Virus record (IMG/VR): IMGVR_UViG_3300020034_000013
Span: 1 to 63,823 of that record
Reading direction: 5' to 3' (one strand)
Source: a virus
Taxonomy: Duplodnaviria > Caudoviricetes
DNA length: 63,823 nucleotides
Shown here: positions 37,899 to 46,522 of the stretch, piece by piece
Layout: each line of letters begins with the position of its first letter
Numbering within the stretch: the first letter of the stretch is position 1
Made by a program: the position numbers and the translations under genes
The notes under the pieces: generated by a model
The model's database searches: none
The model's input: only the letters and a program-made list of their open reading frames with translations
What the model was told of the DNA's origin: nothing

Positions 37899-40283
37899 AT
37901 GAAAAGATTCTTGTTTCTTACTCTGGGCATCGTGTTTACACTGATGGCCTGCATCACGGTCAACAATGGACCCGATATCCCGGTCTGCTCGTCAGAAGAG
38001 GCCATCACCGTCGCGCGCCCCGCTGCCAGGATGATCCTCACGCCGGCTTTCATCGCGCAACTTCGCGCTCGTGCGACCGCCGGAGATTCTTATTGGACAT
38101 CTCTCAAGACGCGCTGCGACGGCTATTCGGCCGGCACGATGGTCATTCCAAACGGCGACGCAGAGGAGGAAGAGGACTATCCTGACGTCGGCAGCGGCTA
38201 CCAAGGAGAAACGTATCTCCCTGCGATCATGCAGCTTGGTCTCTGCTACCAGGTGAGCACAAGTAGCGCCGACAAGGCATCTTACGCGGACAGCGGCAAC
38301 CGACTATTGCAGGCCATGGCTACGCCTGCTGCATCCGGGGGCGTCAACATCCCGTTCGACCACGGCTACGGAATCCGTAACTACGTCGTCGGCATGGCCT
38401 TCGGTTTCGACTGGCTGTATCCGGGCCTGACGTCGGCCACGAAGACGCAGGTTGTGACGGCGATCAATGCATGGATCGACTATTACGATGCATCTGGCTA
38501 CCTCAACAACGATGGTCTAGGCAACTACTTCGCCGGGTACTTCCTTGCGAAGACGGCGGCGGCACTCGCCACCGAAGACGACAATGTGAAGGCCGCTGCC
38601 TACCTCACCGACGTCCAGGACCGTATGTATGGCGCGCTCCTCAAGCCCCGATACCTCTCATCGATGGGCGGCGGCGGCTTCCCCGAGGGTTGGCAGTACG
38701 GCCCCCGAGCGGTCCAGAACGTAGTGCTCGCACAATGGGCCGTGAAGACGGCCAAGAACGTCGATTGGTGGAGTGAGGTCCCTCACGCACGTGACGAAGC
38801 ACGCTACATCCAGTATGGCTCGTGGCCCGCACGCAACCACATGAACGACTATGGCACGATCCGCGACGGAGTACCTGGAGTCCCTGCGGCTACGGCTGCA
38901 ACGCTCGCACAATTCCTCGCACAAATGGGGGAATCTTCGGCGCCCAAGGCCCGCGCGTTCTCTGCGGAGCTAGGCGTTGGTGGGGACTACTGGGAGAAGT
39001 TCCTGTTCTTCGACTCGACGCTCCCTAGCGCGTCCTACAAGGACAACCTCTCGTATTTCGCTCCTGGACCGAACATGGTCTATGCGCGCTCCGATTGGAG
39101 CAATTCGGCGACGTGGGGCGGCTTCCCGAGCGGTACGTACATTGGGTCCTCCGACAGCGGAGAGGAGCTATTCAATCAGGGCAGCTTCGCGGTCGTCTCA
39201 GGAGGTACTCCGATCCTGATCAATGCCACTGGCCAAATGGCGTCGAACTACAGCGGCGGGGAGACCGACGTCTATAACGATGGGTATGGGGGTGGGCGCA
39301 AACTGTATAATACCTTCTATGGAGGTTCAATCAAGCAGGGCACACGAGGTCCCAGCGAAGCGTCTACGCACATCGAAAAGTATGAAGAGGGTGGTCCTTA
39401 TGTGCGCGCTCAGGGCACGCAACTAGAGCAGATGTACAGCTCGGGACTCACGAAGTGGACCCGCAACATGGTCTACATCAGGCCAAATACCTTCGTGCTG
39501 AGCGACTTCACGCAGGTCCCGTCGAATGTCGATCAGTGGATGTCGTTCCACTTCATTGGCTCGCCGGCAGGCCATCTCGTTACTATCCTTCCTCTCGGCA
39601 CAGCCAACACGGACGTCACGGTAGGTGGGACCATCATGCGCCGCGAGGTGCACAGCACCGGTCTCAGCAATCAGTGGATCAACGTCATCACTGCCAATGC
39701 CTCGGCGGCAGAGCGCGTGGCCTCTTCGGACGTCATGGGCACCGCAGTCAAGGACAGCATCAACGCCGTGGCGGTCTTCCCCCTCGGCTCCTCGATCGCT
39801 TCGGCACACTACTCGTACACGCAAACGGCGCCCTCGGTGCACGTTCTTTCCGACGTGGTATCTGCGACGTACAACGTCACGGTGTCGGTCTCGGGCGGCG
39901 TGTACTCGGTGACCGCGGTCGCCGGTGGATCGTTGGCGCGTTCGGCGGGCGGAAACCTTTGCTTTCAGGTGGCGGCGGGCGGTGCGGTCTCAGCATGTCC
40001 TGGTGTCGTCATCCCTCCTCCGGTCGATGCTGGTGTGGACTCTGGTCCTCCCCCGGTCGATAGCGGCACGGACTCTGGCCCCGTCGATAGTGGTCCTGTG
40101 GATTCGGGTCCCGTAGACAGCGGTCCTCCCCCGGTGGACTCTGGGCCCGTCGATAGTGGTCCCGTGGATAGTGGACCCCCTCCGGTGGATAGTGGCCCGC
40201 CGCCCGTAGATTCGGGCACGGACTCCGGTCCTCATTCCGACGCTGGCAACGATGCCGGCGCGTGTTACAAGCTCATCAGGTAA
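37899..40283 (+). CDS. large lipoprotein, heparinase II/III / polysaccharide-lyase-like, with DSGP repeat tail
   Basis: MKRFLFLTLGIVFTLMAC lipobox; helical toroid motifs GFDWLY, GNY, GG.PEGWQY; ARSDW and WTR.MVY..PNTFVLSD beta domain. Confidence 0.7.
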   Translation: MKRFLFLTLGIVFTLMACITVNNGPDIPVCSSEEAITVARPAARMILTPAFIAQLRARATAGDSYWTSLKTRCDGYSAGTMVIPNGDAEEEEDYPDVGSGYQGETYLPAIMQLGLCYQVSTSSADKASYADSGNRLLQAMATPAASGGVNIPFDHGYGIRNYVVGMAFGFDWLYPGLTSATKTQVVTAINAWIDYYDASGYLNNDGLGNYFAGYFLAKTAAALATEDDNVKAAAYLTDVQDRMYGALLKPRYLSSMGGGGFPEGWQYGPRAVQNVVLAQWAVKTAKNVDWWSEVPHARDEARYIQYGSWPARNHMNDYGTIRDGVPGVPAATAATLAQFLAQMGESSAPKARAFSAELGVGGDYWEKFLFFDSTLPSASYKDNLSYFAPGPNMVYARSDWSNSATWGGFPSGTYIGSSDSGEELFNQGSFAVVSGGTPILINATGQMASNYSGGETDVYNDGYGGGRKLYNTFYGGSIKQGTRGPSEASTHIEKYEEGGPYVRAQGTQLEQMYSSGLTKWTRNMVYIRPNTFVLSDFTQVPSNVDQWMSFHFIGSPAGHLVTILPLGTANTDVTVGGTIMRREVHSTGLSNQWINVITANASAAERVASSDVMGTAVKDSINAVAVFPLGSSIASAHYSYTQTAPSVHVLSDVVSATYNVTVSVSGGVYSVTAVAGGSLARSAGGNLCFQVAAGGAVSACPGVVIPPPVDAGVDSGPPPVDSGTDSGPVDSGPVDSGPVDSGPPPVDSGPVDSGPVDSGPPPVDSGPPPVDSGTDSGPHSDAGNDAGACYKLIR
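40020..40260 (+). repeat. coding tandem repeats (P)(P)VDSGP / DAG
   Basis: About 14 imperfect 15-21 bp units. Confidence 0.9.
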
Positions 40284-40771
40284 TGGCTGACGAGCTCCCA
40301 CGGCGTACCTACACCGGTAAGTTTGAGGTCGACGCTATCTTGCGTCGGCTTCAGGCCACCGAAACCAGCATCCGAGATGTGCGCGCGACGATCGATCGTG
40401 AACGTGTGCACACCTCGGAGGCTCTCTCGCAGCTTTCTGAAGCTGCCAAAACCCATGTAGACCGAGTAGTACAGCCCGTCATTTCCGACGTTGCCCGCTG
40501 CGTCCGTATTCTCGAGCAGCAAGAGATGCGAGAAAAGGCAAAAGTAGAGGTAGAGGCCCAGCTAATCGCCGCGCGTGCAAGAGAAGAAGCTCGGGTGGAC
40601 GATCAGATCAAGCAACGTCTGTTCGTTGCAGATGCCAGCGGTAAATATCGGGCCGTCGAGGACGAGCATCAAACTTCCGTCCAGCAACGTAGATATGGCT
40701 GGCTTCTCCCTGCTATCACTGCTATTCTGGGGGCAAGTGGCTCTGCACTGCTCTCCCACTTTTTCAAGTAA
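40283..40771 (+). CDS. coiled-coil protein with C-terminal TM (lysis cassette, holin- or spanin-like)
   Basis: TAATG coupling; C-terminal hydrophobic helix. Confidence 0.55.
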   Translation: MADELPRRTYTGKFEVDAILRRLQATETSIRDVRATIDRERVHTSEALSQLSEAAKTHVDRVVQPVISDVARCVRILEQQEMREKAKVEVEAQLIAARAREEARVDDQIKQRLFVADASGKYRAVEDEHQTSVQQRRYGWLLPAITAILGASGSALLSHFFK

Positions 40772-40779
40772 AGGACGAC

Positions 40780-41205
40780 ATGTTCAAAAAGATTCTCGTG
40801 GCCGGAACTCTGGCCTTGTCTCTTGGTGCGGGATGTCTCCCGGCCAAAAATGCTGAAACTCCCGACCGCGCTACAGCACGCGCCACCATTCTCACGGTGG
40901 CCAAGGCAGTCTCTATTGCAGACCAGGCCTGCGCGACCTATGCCACCGCCAACCACGATGCCGCCACTGCTAAAAAGTGCGCGGACGCCTACGACCTTGC
41001 CCGTCCTTCATTGGTCGGCGCGGAGGCTGCAGTCGATGGGTGGTCGGATGCTACGGCCGGTAATCTGGCTTGCCTTTCGGCGGATGCTATCTCTGCTCTC
41101 GAGCAGTTTGCGGGCATCTTCCTTGGCGCTCAACTCGCTCTTCCCACCACGGTGGTCGATGCTCTGCATCTCGCCGACACCCTTCACCAATTGTGTGTAA
41201 ACTGA
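40780..41205 (+). CDS. lipoprotein (possible spanin component)
   Basis: LGAGC lipobox, AAGGA RBS, helical with Cys pairs. Confidence 0.65.
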   Translation: MFKKILVAGTLALSLGAGCLPAKNAETPDRATARATILTVAKAVSIADQACATYATANHDAATAKKCADAYDLARPSLVGAEAAVDGWSDATAGNLACLSADAISALEQFAGIFLGAQLALPTTVVDALHLADTLHQLCVN

Positions 41206-41411
41206 TGGACGACCAACAGGAACAAACCGTTTTTGACGGCATCGGCATTGCGATTTCGGTGCTTTCCGTGCTCATCAAAGCATATCCCCAGTTCGCCGAC
41301 TGGATTCGAGACTTGATCGATGGGAAAATTGATCCAATTTCCGTCCGTGTCGCGGACATCCTCCCGGAAGAATCGGCGAGCCGTAAAGCCCAGCACGATC
41401 TCGGTGGGTGA
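41205..41411 (+). CDS. small membrane-associated lysis-region protein
   Basis: TGATG coupling; hydrophobic segment. Confidence 0.5.
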   Translation: MDDQQEQTVFDGIGIAISVLSVLIKAYPQFADWIRDLIDGKIDPISVRVADILPEESASRKAQHDLGG

Positions 41412-41530
41412 TCCTGTGGATCTCTGGAAAGAACGTCTTCGTTTTGCCGTGTACGGATCAACAGCAGGTGCAGTGGTCGGAGCTGCGGTCATGCTCGTAT
41501 CGTTGATCGTAACGCACTGCCTAAAATGAC

Positions 41531-41728
41531 ATGGCGAAGGCAGTGAAATGCAGTGCGCTCGACCCCGTGACCGCCGTCCCTTGTCCCAGGTGCGACGGTT
41601 GCGGATCTCGTGGGTATGAATCCGAATGTTGGCTCTGTGACACGACGGGGATTACGACCTCGCATCGAGCTGACGCATACATAACTGCAGATCATTCGGG
41701 CGTGATAAGAGTGGAACAGGAGAAGTGA
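41531..41728 (+). CDS. DnaJ-type zinc-finger mini-protein
   Basis: CPRCDGCG...CWLCDTTG. Confidence 0.6.
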   Translation: MAKAVKCSALDPVTAVPCPRCDGCGSRGYESECWLCDTTGITTSHRADAYITADHSGVIRVEQEK

Positions 41729-42297
41729 TGCACCCCTCTGTAAAAGATCGCTGGATTGCTTTCAACGAACCTCTTGAGGGCATCGTGTACAACATGTACG
41801 CCGACGTAAAGAATCTCATCACGTGCGGTATGGGGAACCTGATCGACCCCAAAGTAGGGGCCCTCTCCCTTCCTTGGCAAAAGCCAGACGGAAGTCTGGC
41901 CACATACAACGAAATCAGCGCAGCATGGGACGCTATAAAGAGAGACCCATTCTCTGCATCACGAGGGTGGAAGTACGCTGCGAGACTCCCGGGCAATGCT
42001 CTCCGGCTTTCGCGGCCGGCGGTAGAGACTTTCATCTTCGACAAGCTCCGGGATAACGATCGGTCTCTAGCGAAACGCTTTCCTAACTGGGAAAATATAC
42101 CTTCGGACGCTCAGCTCGCGATTCATTCGATGTGTTGGGCAATGGGTCCGAACTTCTTCTCTGGCTTCCCGAGATTCACTTCCTTCATCAAGGCTGGAGA
42201 CTACAAGGCCGCTGCGGAGGAGTGTACGATTCATCCAGAGATGGGCACGATCGTAAAGAGAAACGCACTGAACAGAGAGCTACTGCGTAACGCGTAG
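41725..42297 (+). CDS. endolysin (T4-lysozyme-like muramidase)
   Basis: E-G-x7-D-x5-T-x-G-x-G catalytic pattern (LEGIVYNMYADVKNLITCGMG); FPRF...GDY.AAA.E; RN. Confidence 0.85.
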   Translation: MMHPSVKDRWIAFNEPLEGIVYNMYADVKNLITCGMGNLIDPKVGALSLPWQKPDGSLATYNEISAAWDAIKRDPFSASRGWKYAARLPGNALRLSRPAVETFIFDKLRDNDRSLAKRFPNWENIPSDAQLAIHSMCWAMGPNFFSGFPRFTSFIKAGDYKAAAEECTIHPEMGTIVKRNALNRELLRNA

Positions 42298-42304
42298 CAC
42301 ATAG

Positions 42305-42333
42305 CCCCACCGATGACCTCGGTGGGGTTTTTC
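42305..42333. terminator. terminator at the convergence of the two genome arms
   Basis: CCCCACCGA-TGACC-TCGGTGGGG followed by a T-run. Confidence 0.85.
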
Positions 42334-42542
42334 TTATTTGGTGTCTTCGAGACCTGGCCATGCCCGGTAAGGTGTGCCCGGGGTATGGTGAGAGTAGGTT
42401 TCGGTGATTCCCGTCTCTCTCGGGGCGTAAGAGAAGTGTCGTACAGGGGTCCAGGGTAGGCAGGCTTCTAGAAGGCCCATTAGCGCCACGAAGAGAGCCA
42501 GGCTACACACGTGCCACCCACCTCTCAAAAGGCGCGTGCTGG

Positions 42543-42764
42543 TCATCGTGAGAGGAACTTTACGAGTTCCGTGAGAGCAACTGTGAGATCTTCCTGTCGT
42601 CGGAGGCGGAGGTCATGGGGCTCTTGTCTGGATGTCGATACGTTAACCCGGGCGACGGCAACAGCCCGTTCTAGGTCGAGACGCTCCGTCCGAACTTTCT
42701 CCCCATACTCGGCCATCCGTTCGGCATGCGCGCGCTGTTTATCGGTGAGCTCAAGAGTCGTCAT
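42543..42764 (-). CDS. hypothetical protein
   Basis: MTTLELTDKQ..., overlaps the methyltransferase stop. Confidence 0.5.
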   Translation of the reverse strand: MTTLELTDKQRAHAERMAEYGEKVRTERLDLERAVAVARVNVSTSRQEPHDLRLRRQEDLTVALTELVKFLSR

Positions 42765-43953
42765 CAGTGACTTTCGTCCAGTGTTCAATCCTGAGACACG
42801 CAATTCTGTTATACCCCTCATCCTCCGGGTCAAGCTCGATGCCAACGACCTCATCCCACCCTGCCAGAAGAGCGCCGATCATCTCGCTGCCAGATCCCGA
42901 GAAGGGAACGAGAAGCCTGCGCGGCGACCCGTCGGACCGCGGGGGAGGCAGAATCAGCTTCGCCAAATATTCGCATAGGGCGATAGGCTTCACGCAAGGG
43001 TGGTGATTCCGGTGCCCGCCAGTACGCCCGGCGCCTGCAGCCCCATTGCCGATATCCACTGCGCCGTCCTCGCGATCAACGCAATCGCCCGCCGACTTTA
43101 GCACCAGGCTTTCGCACCCAGCATTGCGCTCTTTACTGGACACTTTCGCCGAGAAATAAAATCTCGCAGCGCCCCCGTTGTCCCTGAAGCCCCGCTTCCC
43201 GCCGCCCCCATTGGCCGTTACGGAGGGGTGTGACGGGCGATTGCCGACAATCTCATCCAAGACCTGTCCTGCGCCCTCATCTAGGATCACGTTGCGGGGC
43301 CAATTGCCAACCGGAGCACCGACGCGCTCGATGCGACAACCATCAACCCACATCGCGCCAGTCCCCCACTTGAGGGCGTTGATCGCGTAGATGCCGTCGA
43401 GGGGTTTGCGCGCCACGGTAACGGGCTCCCACGCCGGAGCCAGCGCCATGCCGTGACCTTCCCAGGGAGCCGACAGCTCGGAACCTGCGCCGGTGATGGC
43501 AATCGTCTTGGTCGTGGAGCCCACGCCTATCCCGTAGGTGCCGCCCTTCTCCGCAGTCGAGATGCCTGCGTTACCGGTCAGAACCTTATGCCCGACAACC
43601 AGGCGCTCGTTTCCGAGATGCGCGTCGATCAACTTGCCCATCGTCGTTGCCGGCTTTGGCATGCCCTTGGCGTACATCCAGGCGATATGGTCGCGAATCT
43701 CAAACCCAGCGTCTTCCACGTTGCAGTCTGCGCGGTGGAAAGTACGGGAGCCACCGAATGACATCGCATAGGCACCGGGCTTCAGAACGCGTAGAATACT
43801 CTCCCAGCATCCAACGCTGGGCAGCGTATAGTCCCATTTCTTGCCCATAAATTTGAGCCCATATGGCGGATCGCAGAGGACCGCATCGAAATGATTTTCG
43901 GGGAGCCTGGAACAAACATCTTCCACCTCTCCCTGTATGATCCAATATTTCAT
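42751..43953 (-). CDS. DNA N6-adenine/N4-cytosine methyltransferase (beta class)
   Basis: DPPY, HPCVKP, VPFSGSGS, GIE in beta-class motif order. Confidence 0.93.
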   Translation of the reverse strand: MKYWIIQGEVEDVCSRLPENHFDAVLCDPPYGLKFMGKKWDYTLPSVGCWESILRVLKPGAYAMSFGGSRTFHRADCNVEDAGFEIRDHIAWMYAKGMPKPATTMGKLIDAHLGNERLVVGHKVLTGNAGISTAEKGGTYGIGVGSTTKTIAITGAGSELSAPWEGHGMALAPAWEPVTVARKPLDGIYAINALKWGTGAMWVDGCRIERVGAPVGNWPRNVILDEGAGQVLDEIVGNRPSHPSVTANGGGGKRGFRDNGGAARFYFSAKVSSKERNAGCESLVLKSAGDCVDREDGAVDIGNGAAGAGRTGGHRNHHPCVKPIALCEYLAKLILPPPRSDGSPRRLLVPFSGSGSEMIGALLAGWDEVVGIELDPEDEGYNRIACLRIEHWTKVTDDDS

Positions 43954-44225
43954 TCGTACCCCTTTTCATCATACTGCCGGTCTTCAGCGTCGAGTTTGCA
44001 ACCAAAGCGGAGGTTGTATAGGAGCGAGGTCAATGCGGATGAAGGGATACCGATGGCCGTAGAGACGTGCACATCATCGGACAATCCGTTGGTCCAACGA
44101 ACTTCTACTATTCGAGAGGCTCCGAAGGGGGAGATTTCCAGATGTCGAGGGGGGCCTTCTCTCTGGGAGTCAAATTCTCTACCGGCGGCTAAGATGTCGG
44201 TGATCGTCGACAGAGGGATCATCAT
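43950..44225 (-). CDS. hypothetical protein with AEDRQYDE C-terminal tag
   Basis: 91 aa, coupled at both ends. Confidence 0.65.
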   Translation of the reverse strand: MMIPLSTITDILAAGREFDSQREGPPRHLEISPFGASRIVEVRWTNGLSDDVHVSTAIGIPSSALTSLLYNLRFGCKLDAEDRQYDEKGYE

Positions 44226-44818
44226 TCCCCCTCGTCATACTGTCGATCTTCGGCGCCGCGCTCAGGATTGTAAGGGACAACGATGTCTCCAATAGATCTA
44301 AAGGTATCATAAAATTCTTTCGTTCGGTCGACAGTGCCGGGCACATACACGATCGCGTTGCTGTGGGATGGCGCGTTCTTCGCTTCATCTCCGGGCCAAT
44401 CAAATCGTATGCGCTTGCGGGGGATGCACACCGGGAACGCTGTGGCTGGCAGGCAGTCTCGGCCCTGGCTCACTGATAGGCCTTCGACAGAGAAGAACAT
44501 GAAGATAGCATGTTGTATGTGCCCTAGATCACGTTCTCTCATGAGTTTTTGCCAGAATAGGAGTGTCTTGCTCTTGTTGCCAACCTTGCCGCCAGGGGGA
44601 TTCACATAGAGAGCAGCAGGCATCCCTCCGAGTGACCAGTCTTGTTCAAGTCCGTTGGATGCCTCGTCGAAATACTTCGACGCGCATATGCGTTTGTTCG
44701 CCATATAGGATGATGCAGGGTCCAGGTCGATCTTTCCAAGAACGCGAGTCACCAGGCCGATAATATTCCGAGGCGTCATCCACGAGTCTTGCCTGCTGCT
44801 ATGCTGGATGTTCATCAT
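44222..44818 (-). CDS. phage Dam-like DNA N6-adenine methyltransferase with AEDRQYDE tag
   Basis: W.TP, IDLDPAS, NGL.QDW, YVNPPG (NPPY variant), RIRF. Confidence 0.85.
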   Translation of the reverse strand: MMNIQHSSRQDSWMTPRNIIGLVTRVLGKIDLDPASSYMANKRICASKYFDEASNGLEQDWSLGGMPAALYVNPPGGKVGNKSKTLLFWQKLMRERDLGHIQHAIFMFFSVEGLSVSQGRDCLPATAFPVCIPRKRIRFDWPGDEAKNAPSHSNAIVYVPGTVDRTKEFYDTFRSIGDIVVPYNPERGAEDRQYDEGE

Positions 44819-44970
44819 CCCCCCTCGTCGTACTGTCGATCTTCGGCACCAAGTTCGAATTCGGCCTCCGCAAGGAAATCCTCGAGGGAAGGCTCATCCT
44901 CGAACTCGTCATTTTCCCGAACTATGCCCACCTGAACCGCGTATTCGTAAATCATACCGTCGAGCGTCAT
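44815..44970 (-). CDS. very acidic 51 aa protein with AEDRQYDE tag
   Basis: Promoter TTGACA-N16-TATCTT at 44994-45021 and GGAGG RBS place the start at 44970; 17 D/E versus 2 R. Confidence 0.7.
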   Translation of the reverse strand: MTLDGMIYEYAVQVGIVRENDEFEDEPSLEDFLAEAEFELGAEDRQYDEGG

Positions 44971-45025
44971 GTCATCCTCCGTCTGCAGCCAGTAAGATAG
45001 GTCTCCTACGAACGGTGTCAAGAGG

Positions 45026-45265
45026 TCAGTTGAGAAAAGTCCCCGGCGAGAGAGGAGCAGAATCTGCGTCTGCTTCTTCCAGACGGTCCACTTCATCTTG
45101 GATTTTGTCCAATGACCGTGCGAACTCGGCATCATGCTTCGGACAAAGGACAAGAGGGTACGCTCGCGCCAACGACAAGACTCCAATGGCCATCCCTGTA
45201 AAAAAGGTCACAGGAGTGCTGGCAGAAAGTTTAATCATCGAGCAACACATACACTTACCTGACAT
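45026..45265 (-). CDS. CxCC...CxKH protein, paralog of 7106-7378
   Basis: Manual alignment. Confidence 0.65.
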   Translation of the reverse strand: MSGKCMCCSMIKLSASTPVTFFTGMAIGVLSLARAYPLVLCPKHDAEFARSLDKIQDEVDRLEEADADSAPLSPGTFLN

Positions 45266-45439
45266 TGAGGAGCTCCTGTTTGCGGGCATTTACGTAGACT
45301 CTGCGTACCGCGGCTTTGAGAGATTTGTTCCAAGTCTGGACCCTCTGATCTTCTTGTTCGAACCGAACAAAAAACCCTCCGTCGGGTGTCCGGGTAATAG
45401 TAACCCGGCCATGGTAAGAGAGGGTGGCAAGGTGGTGTT

Positions 45440-45706
45440 TCACACGGCCTCCGGATCATATACGTAGCGCAAAGTTTCTTTCTCGGCGCGCTCTGCTGGG
45501 AAGAAGGGGGTGAAATCCTCGAATTCGAAGATGCCGCAGTCTCGAGTATAGACCTTGCTGTCCACTACTGTAGCCGGTCCTCGGATGTGCAGATCATCTC
45601 CAGGCGGGAGGTCGGAAACCCACTGGATCATGGCCACGGGGGACGAGAAGCCCACGAGTTCAAAGTCCCCGTAGTAGAACTGGATGCCGAAGTGCGTCGT
45701 TTTCAT
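45440..45706 (-). CDS. hypothetical protein (leaderless)
   Basis: TTGACA-N16-CATCTT-N7-ATG at 45714-45741. Confidence 0.55.
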   Translation of the reverse strand: MKTTHFGIQFYYGDFELVGFSSPVAMIQWVSDLPPGDDLHIRGPATVVDSKVYTRDCGIFEFEDFTPFFPAERAEKETLRYVYDPEAV

Positions 45707-45746
45707 ATTGTAGAAGATGGGCATGGACAGAGGGTTGTCAAGACCT

Positions 45747-46058
45747 TCAGAGAGAAAGTCTTTCCCCTGTTGCCATGCGTGACATGAGGACAGGGCTTAC
45801 GTTCCAGGTAAACTCCGTACCAGCCCGAGGATTATCGACGATACGCCCCGCTCCATGCACTTCGAGGCGCCGGAAAACATGAACGACCGCCTTCCGGCAA
45901 AAAGCTACTCCGGACTTTCGTAGGGTATCGATGCATACGTTGACAGATTCATTGGGGGGACTCCCGACATCCTGGTTACCAGCCCAACGATCGAAGAGCA
46001 CCTGAGCTAATGGATCGGTGTCGTACAGTTTGATGATCTCAACGATATTCACGGACAT
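45747..46058 (-). CDS. hypothetical, possible winged-helix protein
   Basis: AGGAG RBS; VVHVFRRLE..GAGRI. Confidence 0.5.
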   Translation of the reverse strand: MSVNIVEIIKLYDTDPLAQVLFDRWAGNQDVGSPPNESVNVCIDTLRKSGVAFCRKAVVHVFRRLEVHGAGRIVDNPRAGTEFTWNVSPVLMSRMATGERLSL

Positions 46059-46066
46059 GGTAACTC

Positions 46067-46522
46067 CTAGGTGGATTGACCGGACTTAGGGAGCCGGCCC
46101 AATTTCCATAGTGCAAGACACACGGCATCAAGGACATCCTCTGTTGCTTTCTCGGGGATTTTGGAGGTGACGGCATCCACAACCTTGCGCTCCACGGAGG
46201 TAAGCTTGGTGTACATCCTGGCATGGTGCACGGGCTTCTTGACCTGCCCCTTCCAAAGTTTCGGCAAAACTAAGGAAGGGGCAGGGCCGCGGCTTTCAAG
46301 GCGCTCTTGGTACCGGCCTACGCGGTGAGCGAGGGTGATGAGATTGTTGGCTTGGGAAGCGGGGGTCTGGGGGTAGACCTCCTGATCTTCGATGACCGCG
46401 GTAAGCTCCTTCTGCCCCCATGCTGAAGGTATGAAATCTTCTCCCCGCCCGCAAGCTAGAATACCAGCGGGTGTGATGTGGCACCATCCTGTCGAGATGC
46501 CTGGGTCGATGGCGATGATCAT
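46067..46522 (-). CDS. RuvC-like Holliday junction resolvase
   Basis: IIAIDPGISTGW, VIE, P..WKG, DVLDAV. Confidence 0.85.
   Translation of the reverse strand: MIIAIDPGISTGWCHITPAGILACGRGEDFIPSAWGQKELTAVIEDQEVYPQTPASQANNLITLAHRVGRYQERLESRGPAPSLVLPKLWKGQVKKPVHHARMYTKLTSVERKVVDAVTSKIPEKATEDVLDAVCLALWKLGRLPKSGQST

Larger units (their letters stand above)
43950..44850 (-). repeat. three dispersed ~38 bp gene-junction repeats (43950-43988, 44220-44257, 44813-44850)
   Basis: Copies 2 and 3 are 35/38 identical; each encodes AEDRQYDE, a G-rich RBS and an ATGA overlap. Confidence 0.9.

Noticed and set aside
40020-40260. Possible CRISPR array or DGR template/variable repeat
   Set aside because: Low-complexity coding repeats varying at synonymous positions; no reverse transcriptase was seen in the window.
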